Positions 1 to 7,408 of a stretch of 7,408 bases of DNA are shown here, piece by piece. Location of the stretch: NCBI GenBank assembly GCA_016748015.1, contig JAAOMT010000576.1:1-7408 (forward strand), written 5' to 3'. Position 1 is the first letter of the stretch; the number at the start of each line of letters is the position of its first letter. The notes beneath the pieces were generated by a model. The model searched no databases. It worked only from the letters and a program-made list of their open reading frames with translations, and had not been told where the DNA came from. The DNA comes from Geosiphon pyriformis uo1 (taxonomy: Eukaryota; Fungi; Glomeromycota). The translations under genes were made by a program, and so were the position numbers.

Positions 1-2
1 AC

Positions 3-824
3 GATGGAACTGGAGTAACCAAAGATCTTGCAAAAGCGATAGAATGGTATACCAAATCAGCAGAACAAGGACATTCAGATGCACAATGTCTTCTCGGAAA
101 TCGCTATTACGATGGAACTGGAGTAACCAAAGATCTTGAAAAAGCAATAGTATGGTTTACTAAATCAGCGGAACAAGGACATTCAGTTGCACAATATTTT
201 CTCGCAAATTGCTATTACAAAGGAACTGGAGTAACCAAAGATCTTGGAAAAGCAATAGAATGGTTTACCAAATCAGCGGAACAAGGACATTCAGATGCAC
301 AATGTTTTCTCGCAAATTGCTATTACGATGGAACTGGAGTAACCAAAGATCTTGCAAAAGCAATAGTATGGTTTACTAAATCAGCGGAACAAGGACATTC
401 ACTTGCACAATGTATTCTTGCAAATTGCTATTACAAAGGAACTGGAGTAACCAAAGATCTTGCAAAAGTGATAGAATGGTTTACCAAATCAGCAGAACAA
501 GGACATTCAGATGCACAATGTAATCTTGGACTTTGCTATTACAAAGGAACTGGAGTAACCAAAGATCTTGCAAAAGCGATAGAATGGTTTACCAAATCAG
601 CGGAACAAGGACATTCAGATGCACAATTTCTTCTCGCAAATTGCTATTACGATGGAACTGGAGTAACCAAAGATCTTGCAAAAGCAATAGTATGGTTTAC
701 TAAATCAGCGGAACAAGGACATTCACTTGCACAATGTCTTCTCGCAAATTGCTATCACGATGGAACTGGAGTAACCAAAGATCTTGCAAAAGCAATAGTA
801 TGGTTTACCAAATCAGCGGAACAA
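3..824 (+). repeat. Coding tandem repeat, 108-bp unit, 7 full copies plus 66 bp of an eighth before divergence
   Basis: Units start at 3, 111, 219, 327, 435, 543, 651 and 759. AGATCT recurs at 23, 131, 239, 347, 455, 563, 671 and 779. Units 4 and 7 differ at 3/108 nt and units 3 and 6 at 4/108 nt (hand count). Confidence 0.97.
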
Positions 825-878
825 AGACACCCCATTGCCAAGTATTATCTTGACATTACGATATTTTTAAATGAATAA
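3..878 (+). CDS. Sel1-like repeat (SLR/TPR-superfamily) protein, 5'-partial (C-terminal 291 aa)
   Basis: The frame is open from position 3 to TAA at 876-878. The ORF-track start at 468 is only an internal GTG. The translation is a 36-aa repeat, consensus (D/K)GTGVTKDLAKAI(E/V)WFTKSAEQGHS(D/L)AQxxL(A/G)NCYY, matching the Sel1 motif AQxxLGxxYxxGxGVxKDxxKAxxWFxKSAEQG. The N-terminus lies outside the window. Confidence 0.93.
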   Translation, partial: DGTGVTKDLAKAIEWYTKSAEQGHSDAQCLLGNRYYDGTGVTKDLEKAIVWFTKSAEQGHSVAQYFLANCYYKGTGVTKDLGKAIEWFTKSAEQGHSDAQCFLANCYYDGTGVTKDLAKAIVWFTKSAEQGHSLAQCILANCYYKGTGVTKDLAKVIEWFTKSAEQGHSDAQCNLGLCYYKGTGVTKDLAKAIEWFTKSAEQGHSDAQFLLANCYYDGTGVTKDLAKAIVWFTKSAEQGHSLAQCLLANCYHDGTGVTKDLAKAIVWFTKSAEQRHPIAKYYLDITIFLNE

Positions 879-960
879 CCAAAGATTTAGCGGAGACAGT
901 TGAATAGTATACCAAAGCAGGGGAAAAGAGATCCGATGCATATTAAATCAAGATCTTTGC
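875..960 (+). pseudogene. Degenerate, out-of-frame ninth Sel1 repeat immediately after the stop codon
   Basis: 875-946 reads ITKDLAETVE*YTKAGEKRSDAY*, versus consensus VTKDLAKAIEWYTKSAEQGHSDAQ (TGG to TAG at 905-907). 946-960 'aat caa gat ctt tgc' resembles unit 5 'aat ctt gga ctt tgc'. Confidence 0.75.
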
Positions 961-2064
961 CTAATAAAACATTTAGTCATAATAACCTCACATATTAAGA
1001 AAATTTTTTTTTTAGTACTGAGTATTTAAATATTGAGTTGTTTCTACAAAATCAAAATTCAACTAAAATTCATCTTGTATAAATTCTAGCCATTTTTATT
1101 TAATAAATAATTGCATTTGATTATTTTATTTATTGGTATCAATTTTAATATTGATATAATGATTATTCAACTAATAATCTATTTGTAAATAAAAATAAAG
1201 TTTACAATTAGACTTTTATTATTGTTGCATAATAATAAGCTCAAAATAGCAAAATAAATTCAATATGCTTGTTTTTTGAAAATGGATTATATGTTAAGCA
1301 TTTCAAATAATAAAAAGTTTATCTGTATATATTTTTTAATAAAAACCTGAGCTTTAAATATTTGTTAATTTTGAACTGTATAATAAATTTTAATTTCTAA
1401 TATATTATAAAGTAAAAGGGCGAATGAATGTGGCAAAGTTAGCCAAATAAATTCCCGTGACGCTTGAAATTATCTTGAACAAATGGCATTTATCATTAAA
1501 ATACTTTTTTTTAACTTTATTAATATTTCGCAATAAAAAATGGGTAAAAGTAGGAATTAAAATTAATTATGGAGATTTGCAAAAATTGAACTTTTAAATA
1601 TAAAATACAAATAGTTTGTTTATATTTTTAATAATTTAAAGGATAACATTTGAAACTTAAATTTGATTTCACTTTTAAAATTACAAATTCTTAACTACAC
1701 ACAATATTTTTTTTTTATAACAAATTAGATCGAGTTGAAATATATTCTAACACATTGAAATGAATATATGAAATTTTATAGTTAATATATTTTAAATTTT
1801 ATATTATTATAATATAATAAAAGCTATCTAAAATATATTTACTTATAAAAAATTAGCATTCAAAATAATAAGTAGTAAAATTAAGCTAATTAAATATTGA
1901 GCGAAAAATTATCATTGCCGAACACGATTTGTCTAAATGTAAATATATACACATGTAGTAAAATAAATAAGTGTTAAACAATTGCATAAAACTATATTCT
2001 CAATTTTGTTTACCTTTTTTTAAACTAAATTAGAATTTTTAAAGTAATAAATAATTAATGGCAA

Positions 2065-2687
2065 TTAAATTAAAGAAAGGATATAGATAGGCCCACAAGG
2101 TGGTAACTTAATAAAAACATATCGCAATCTTTTATCATAACCATATCTGCTCAAATATTGGTGAATATATAGAATTAATACCCTATTTGTTACTATGTAC
2201 AAAATAAACTTGTGAAAAACCTCAAGAAGCAAACTTTTATTTCCTGAAATTTTAACTATATTTCTTTCATCGAATTTAGAAAGCACCAAAAATCATTTTA
2301 AATTTTAATTAATTGAAACGAAACTTAATTTTAAAGATAAAATCTACTTCTATCCTCATATAACAATAAAACTCTTGCCTATGATTTGATACGGCATTGT
2401 GCTCATAATGTGACCAGTTTTCACAATCATATAAAAACTTTTGATGAAAGTATAGTGTTTCAGTGTTACACTGGCATCTCTTCCCTCTTTTTAATTTTAT
2501 CATTGATAAAAACAGATCTTTATTGTATTATAGGAATACTGCAGTCTCTTAAAATTTTTTACACCAACTGTCAAAAATAATCCTTGTAGCTTTCAGGTTC
2601 ATTATGTGATACATGTATATTGTTTTCTAAAACCCACTTAGTCTTTAATATAACCAACTTATCAAAGATTGTATGAAAAATTTTTAA
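2065..2687 (-). pseudogene. Possible decayed gene or element fragment of unknown family
   Basis: Higher-complexity island between very AT-rich spacers. One frame from 2687 reads LKIFHTIFDKLVILKTKWVLENNIHVSHNEPESYKDYF*QLV*KILRDCSIPIIQ*RSVFINDKIKKREEMPV*, followed by the 64-aa and 74-aa minus-strand ORFs. No family recognised. Confidence 0.2.
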
Positions 2688-3035
2688 TTATGGAGTTTCA
2701 AATCAAATAAGATAAATTTTTTGTTTAAAATTCCTAGTAAATAAGTTATTTTTTTTGAAAATGGGAAGAATATTATTTTAATTTACTACTCGTAGTTTTT
2801 GGCCTAAAAAATTGCTAATTTTTTTGTAATATTATTAAAATTAGCTAGATTCTACAATATTGAAAGTTATTAAAATCAGGTTATTTCTTCCTTTGGTCTG
2901 TTTTCGGAGACTTGGGTGTCTTTACACTTTCAACTACCAGTTATGAAGATTTGAAGCAAAAATTAAAAAGCTTTTCCAATTGAATCAATTTTATAACTTC
3001 GCATATTAAATTTTTTCATTATTTGAAACGCCAGC

Positions 3036-3693
3036 TTATGATGATTCAATCTCTAACCCAGGCCTAGTCAAGACTTCTGAATTAGATGCTCTAATTATGC
3101 TTCCTTTGGCCAAGATAAGATATTCGTTCAGTAAATAGGCAACTGAGTTGCCAATTCCACCAAGATTTATTCCTAAAATTGGAGATTGTAAATTTGGAGA
3201 GCTTTAAAATGAAGACAAATACGTTTCTTACTTTACCTATTACTACCATTACGTATAACCATGTTTTATTACCCTTTAAAGAAAATAATTAGCTAGTAAT
3301 TCAAAAAGCGAGAAAAAATTATAAGTTAAAAGTCCAATTAATCATACCCACAAGATCGAAGCTGTTACATAAATCATTACAGGAATCTATAAAATCGATA
3401 CAAAAAGTGGCTTAAATCTTTCATTTTTTGAGAAGGAATTCAAAAAAATCTCACCATCATACCCATTGGAACAGATACACTAGCACATAACTAGCAACCT
3501 TTCTTGTCACTATATACTCAAGGTTTCGGGCATCTTGTGTCCCGTTACTGTCTGAGAAATTCTGTTTTCTATTTTTTGATAATAATCTAAGGATACATAC
3601 GAAACAAGAAAATGTTATTAACGTAGTTCCACTCCATATTACAAGTGTGATTATGTTGTCTCTACGTCGATGTGTTGCACACCTATTGATTGT

Positions 3694-3742
<49 letters not shown>

Positions 3743-4558
3743 AAAAACCATAATTATAATATTTTTTCAGATGTTGTGCATACCAATATTTTTGCGCCCC
3801 AAAACCATCAATCGATGGTAAAATAGTGATAAAAGTAAAGGCTGCAATAATCAAAAAAAGCCGATGGTCATAGCGACCAAAGTTGAATGAATATTCGCGC
3901 ACAACTAAGGATAAAAATTTAAATTTTTTTAGATTTTAATGTAACCAAAAAATATTTATGAAAATTAGTACCTTTTAAATATGTGGAAACAGCAATTATA
4001 CTATAGAGAAAATTATTAAAGGCACTGGCAACTCCTTGCACAATACCAATGATTTTACATGCTGGATTAGGCCATGTTTTGTTATATCTTACCAAGTACC
4101 CCTATAATAAACTCAAGGCCTTGGTGAATATTAGCAAACGACCTTCAACTAAAAAAATTCAAACCTTCTTACAAAGTTAAAGGCATGTATCGAGATAATA
4201 AAAAAATCTAAGAAATAAGAACAAAAAGTTGTTAATACCAAGCCACATTATTGATTATTTGATTATTTTAATTAAGAAACGCACCAGTTAAAGTAATATA
4301 AAATGGGAGCCGATACGACATGGTAAGACTCTTCATACGGTTCGTTTTCCATTTGAGAAACGTGCTCAAAAAGATAAAAGAACATCCCAGAAAATTCAAG
4401 CTCATAGAAATAGCAGCAGCCACATAAATCATATAAAATTCCCTGTCTCGTTTGTTATTTATTTCTGAGCTAGAATCGTTTGCTGCATATACAAAATGAA
4501 GAGATATTGGTAAGATCCATATAAGGGAAAGTAAAAAATATATTAGCATCGTTTTCAT
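3036..4558 (-). CDS. 7-transmembrane GPCR-like receptor (fungal Git3/cAMP-receptor-like type), 8 exons, 330 aa
   Basis: Exons on -: 4558-4285, 4207-4173, 4101-3972, 3904-3784, 3682-3463, 3386-3348, 3273-3237, 3172-3036 (993 nt, ATG to TAA). All 7 introns are GT-AG (77, 71, 67, 101, 76, 74, 64 nt) with consistent phases, and introns 2 and 6 have GCTAAT branch sites. Protein: MKTMLIYFLLSLIWILPISLHFVYAANDSSSEINNKRDREFYMIYVAAAISMSLNFLGCSFIFLSTFLKWKTNRMKSLTMSYRLPFYITLTDFFIISIHAFNFGYLVRYNKTWPNPACKIIGIVQGVASAFNNFLYSIIAVSTYLKVVREYSFNFGRYDHRLFLIIAAFTFITILPSIDGFGAQKYWCATHRRRDNIITLVIWSGTTLITFSCFVCILRLLSKNRKQNFSDSNGTQDARNLEYIVTRKVASYVLVYLFQWIPVMIYVTASILWGNKTWLYVMVVIGINLGGIGNSVAYLLNEYLILAKGSIIRASNSEVLTRPGLEIESS. 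It has seven hydrophobic segments after the leader, a TM2 Asp, a Cys at the top of TM3 plus ECL2 YWC, TM6 QWIP and TM7 GGIGNxxxY. Confidence 0.88.
3697..3738 (+). repeat. (GA)21 microsatellite, which is (TC)21 on the sense strand inside intron 4 of the GPCR-like gene
   Basis: Perfect 42-bp dinucleotide run lying between the donor at 3783 and the acceptor AG at 3684-3683. Confidence 0.97.
4484..4558 (-). other. Predicted cleavable signal peptide of the GPCR-like protein (aa 1-25)
   Basis: MKT basic start, hydrophobic core LIYFLLSLIWILPI, and V-Y-A|A cleavage motif, followed by a polar ectodomain with the sequon NDS. Confidence 0.7.
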
Positions 4559-4928
4559 GTTTTATTTATTTAATAAAAACTTTTAGCGAAATAAAATATA
4601 TCAAAAAAAGAGGACTATCAGTTCAGTCCATTGAGGTTACTTATTGAAAAATGAGAAACTTTTATTATTTATTTTTAACACGGAGTTTTATCATGCTACA
4701 AATTTTGTCCTTATCTTTGGATTGATTCATGTTATAAAATTTAACTTATTACCTTTAGTCCTGTTTTCGAAAATCGCCAATTGTTTTCTGTTATTTTACT
4801 TCTTTTAATTAATTTTTGCTTTGAATTCTTTAATGAATCAGCGCAATGAAACTTAGAAAACAAGACAAGGAGAGTATTTATTTCTACGATATGGAGTGAT
4901 TCAACTTAAAACCTATCATAAACAAAGT

Positions 4929-4954
4929 TTATCAGTTATCAGTTATCAGTTATC
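4929..4954 (-). promoter_or_regulatory. Tandem 7-bp repeat (TTATCAG)3-TTATC, equal to four direct GATAA sites about 370 bp upstream of the GPCR ATG
   Basis: The minus strand reads GATAA-CTGATAA-CTGATAA-CTGATAA. The repeat is seen directly. Its role as a GATA-factor site is inferred. Confidence 0.4.
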
Positions 4955-5557
4955 TAAATCAAATAGATTTAAGTTAAAAACACAATATTTTAAAATTTCA
5001 CTGATTCCGGACATAAATTTGATGGGAAAAACTTGGAGGAAATATTTATTTTTTAATAATCTTAGCTTTTCACTGTCTCAAATTATTTAAAAATAAGATT
5101 ACTTATTTCAATTTAAACTTTCTTTTCGTGAATAAATTTCATTTGAATACAAAAAAGCAAAATAAAATTCTATTGAAATTTTCATAAAAAATCCTCAGTT
5201 GAATAAGAGAGTTTGAAAATGATTAGGTAAAATTCAAATTAAGATGCGTTAGTCTTCACATTTTATAGATGGAAACGGCTTTAAATTTCATCCATTTTTT
5301 CTCAATTATCTCAACTTTAAACACTCCATTAAAACTTCAGACCACAATTTTCCCAAAAAGTAATTCAATCTCGAATCGTCTCCAGACTCATTTTGCACAT
5401 AACTTGTTTTCCTTTGCCTCATCTATTCAAAAACTCTTAATGAAAATTTAAAAATTCTTATCACAAGTGACGCAATTTTATTTTATAAACGTTAATAGAA
5501 TCTTTACTTCTTTTTCCATATTGCACTCATTACTTAAAACATAACCATCAGCATTAA

Positions 5558-6684
5558 AAAGATATTCATAATTGTGCCATTGATAAAGAAGATGAATATA
5601 TTGATTATTGTTTAGCCATAAATATTTTAATTAAGTAACTTACTAATTGACGAAACATTCTGCGGTTATATTCAATCCAGTTAAGAAAAGTAAATGTTAT
5701 AGGCTATCTCCAAACTAATTTAAAATATGATTTCATCATAAACTTACACGATCATGAAGTATAGTATTTGCATGTTTAGCATTATTAAAAGAAAAGAAAG
5801 TGCTACAATTTTTCTGGAAAAATCTAAACATGGTTCAACTCTGATGTCTGATGAACTCGTCAAGTGGGATTTTTTGAGTGAATTCCTTTTCATTTTTGAG
5901 CTTCTTGAAAAGAAATATGAATGAAATTAGAGAATTGATATGATAAACATGAAATAATAAAGCAACTTTTCAACATAAAAGTATAAAAGTGACAAAGAAT
6001 ATTTTTTTTTGAGAATTAATTAGATTTATTAACAGAAAACGGAAATCATTCGGTGTAATCTAAGAACATATCGCCCAACTGTCAAGAAACTTGAGTTTCT
6101 CGTTATGGTCTATCCTTTCATCAGAACCCACGTTAAGTGTTTGAATTGAATGACTGGGTTAGTCCCTATCCGACGATGCACTATCTCTGTTTTACATAGA
6201 AATAATATCATGTGCTATAGTCTCTTCTTCACTAAAACAATTTCTTGTATCTGATAAGAATAATTTGTTTTGATTTGAATTGAAGGACTGACTTCAATCC
6301 CTAACCACTCTCCAAATGATAATTCAGAGGGGCGAGGGTTTCTTGATGAATGTATCAACATGAACAAAGATCCAAGGAATGTCTTAAGCGTTTTTAAAAT
6401 ATTACAATTTTTTCTTATATAATTAATATGGGCAATTAAGCAAGTAAAACTGATAAATTTATTTATAGGATTGCAAGAATAGCACTTATATGTCCAACTA
6501 TAATCAGCTTGAATCTGGCTCATTTCTTAAAAGAAAAACTGCCTCGTTATGAACCCATTCATTGATCATCCATGAAGTTGAAAAATAGCAAATTCAAAGA
6601 TATTGCAAGATCAAAAATATATGTTAACCACCATCACTCTTATTCACCCAGTTATTAAAACGCTTTAGATCCCAGAAACTTTAA
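5558..6684 (+). pseudogene. Probable decayed F-box/leucine-rich-repeat (RNI-like) gene
   Basis: Composition is less AT-extreme than the flanks. Protein-like fragments are broken by stops and frameshifts: KDIHNCAIDKEDEYIDYCLAINILIK (5558-5635), RPTVKKLEFLV (from 6072), LQSLTTLQMII, and IARIALICPTIISLNLAH (CPT at 6491). The last resembles the IAxxCPxLxxLxL LRR motif. No intact ORF or clean splice model was found, so the boundaries are approximate. Confidence 0.35.
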
Positions 6685-6937
6685 ACTCGGAAGGTTAATT
6701 TAATAGATATAAATAATTAATGTACTGTAGATCTAATATAATTTAGCTATATATATAGGCTTTTTATTAGTTCAAGAAAGTATCAGTTTCATATTAAGCC
6801 AACTTTTTCTTATAGCTTTATAGTAAGCAGTCAGTTTTTTTCTATCTGTTTTTCTTTTTTCTTATTTTCCTAAGCTCTAAATACTTGATAATAAATATAA
6901 AAGTATACTTAAATTTTAATAACAACATTCTAAGTCA

Positions 6938-6955
6938 TATTATTATTATTATTAT
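6938..6955 (+). repeat. (TAT)6 microsatellite in an AT-rich spacer
   Basis: tattattattattattat read directly. Confidence 0.75.
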
Positions 6956-7408
6956 TTACATACTTATTATCAACATTTTAAGGTCTCTATTATTTTATAT
7001 TTCTTAAAACGCATATTACCTACATTTTACATTATGTTTATTTCTATAGATAAGTTATTAGTTTTATTATCAAACTTTGTCTTTATTATAGTAACAAAAT
7101 TTTAATATTCCAGAATATTATAAATTAAAATTTGTTTATAATAGTTCATATATATATAATATTATTGAAAAATTAATTAAAAATAAAAGTAGAGTTATTG
7201 TAATACATACATAATCCTCTATATTAATATTAATTTGATGTGTTTTTTTATTAAAAAATAAAATAAAAACAAATCAAAAAATAAATTTAAGTAAGCTTGG
7301 TCAATTGAAATATTAATTTAGGTAGATATTACAAATATGTATAAATAATGTTTCAAAAGAATAGGGTTTTCAAAACGTGTTTGTGCATAAATAAAATTGA
7401 TAAGCAAA

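Noticed and set aside
3-824. Diversity-generating-retroelement-like adenine mutagenesis in the Sel1 units (13 of 20 variable sites have an A allele)
   Set aside because: The unit is A-rich, so this fraction is near chance. Seven sites vary without A, and there is no reverse transcriptase or separate template repeat in the window.
3-824. CRISPR-like repeat-spacer array
   Set aside because: The whole 108-bp unit is conserved and in frame, there are no unique spacers, and the context is eukaryotic.
468-878. 136-aa ORF as a complete gene
   Set aside because: The start is an internal GTG (Val), and the frame is open back to the window edge.
1000-2060. Extremely AT-rich stretch (likewise 6700-7408) as an origin, centromere or MITE
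   Set aside because: No periodicity, terminal inverted repeats or internal repeats could be seen. It is consistent with ordinary intergenic DNA in an AT-rich genome.
2386-2580. 64-aa + strand ORF
   Set aside because: Short, no motif, and it overlaps the more protein-like minus-strand relic. Likely chance.
3587-3600. GTATGT...TTAG on the minus strand as an extra intron
   Set aside because: It is only 14 nt long, and reading through keeps the frame and completes TM5.
3651-3902. 83-aa ORF with an LSLSLS tract as a standalone protein
   Set aside because: It is exon 4 of the GPCR-like gene read through into intron 4. The LS run is the microsatellite.
3138-4123. Short palindromes: GGCAACT-G-AGTTGCC (3138-3152), ACCATC-AATC-GATGGT (3804-3819), CAAGGCCTTG (4114-4123)
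   Set aside because: Stems of 5-7 bp inside exons or introns are expected by chance, and none has terminal-repeat or target-site-duplication context.
4268-4558. 96-aa ORF as a small secreted or membrane protein
   Set aside because: It is exon 1 of the spliced gene, with donor G|GTGCGT at 4284.
4896-5090. 64-aa + strand ORF
   Set aside because: GTG start, AT-driven composition, and it spans the TTATCAG repeat in the presumed promoter.
5227-5451. 60-aa ORF at 5269 preceded by a 42-nt GT..AG segment; also a short minus-strand frame containing LGKLWSE
   Set aside because: No recognisable domain on either strand, the intron is shorter than those supported here, and I could not build a coherent gene model.
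1457-5473. GTGACGC (CRE/ATF-like half site) at 1457-1463 and 5467-5473
   Set aside because: Only two isolated 7-mers, and neither is tied to a demonstrated transcription start.
6215-6523. 102-aa minus-strand ORF
   Set aside because: No recognisable family, and the LRR-like motifs lie on the opposite strand.

Overview
Very AT-rich eukaryotic genomic DNA. Short GT-AG introns of 64-101 nt and the gene families present point to a Mucoromycota fungus, most plausibly an arbuscular mycorrhizal Glomeromycotina species (inference). The window holds four things. (1) The 3' part of a Sel1-like repeat (SLR) protein gene on + (<3..878), made of about 8 near-identical 108-bp/36-aa tandem units whose amino-acid variation clusters on one helix face, followed by a decayed ninth unit beyond the stop. 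(2) An intact 8-exon gene on - (4558..3036), which I reconstructed by hand and which the ORF track shows only as fragments. It encodes a 330-aa signal-peptide plus 7-TM GPCR-like receptor, has a (TC)21 microsatellite in intron 4 and a tandem GATA array upstream. (3) A probable decayed F-box/LRR-type gene relic at about 5560-6685 (+). (4) A possible second gene relic at about 2065-2690 (-). No RNA genes, CRISPR arrays or recognisable transposase/RT were seen.
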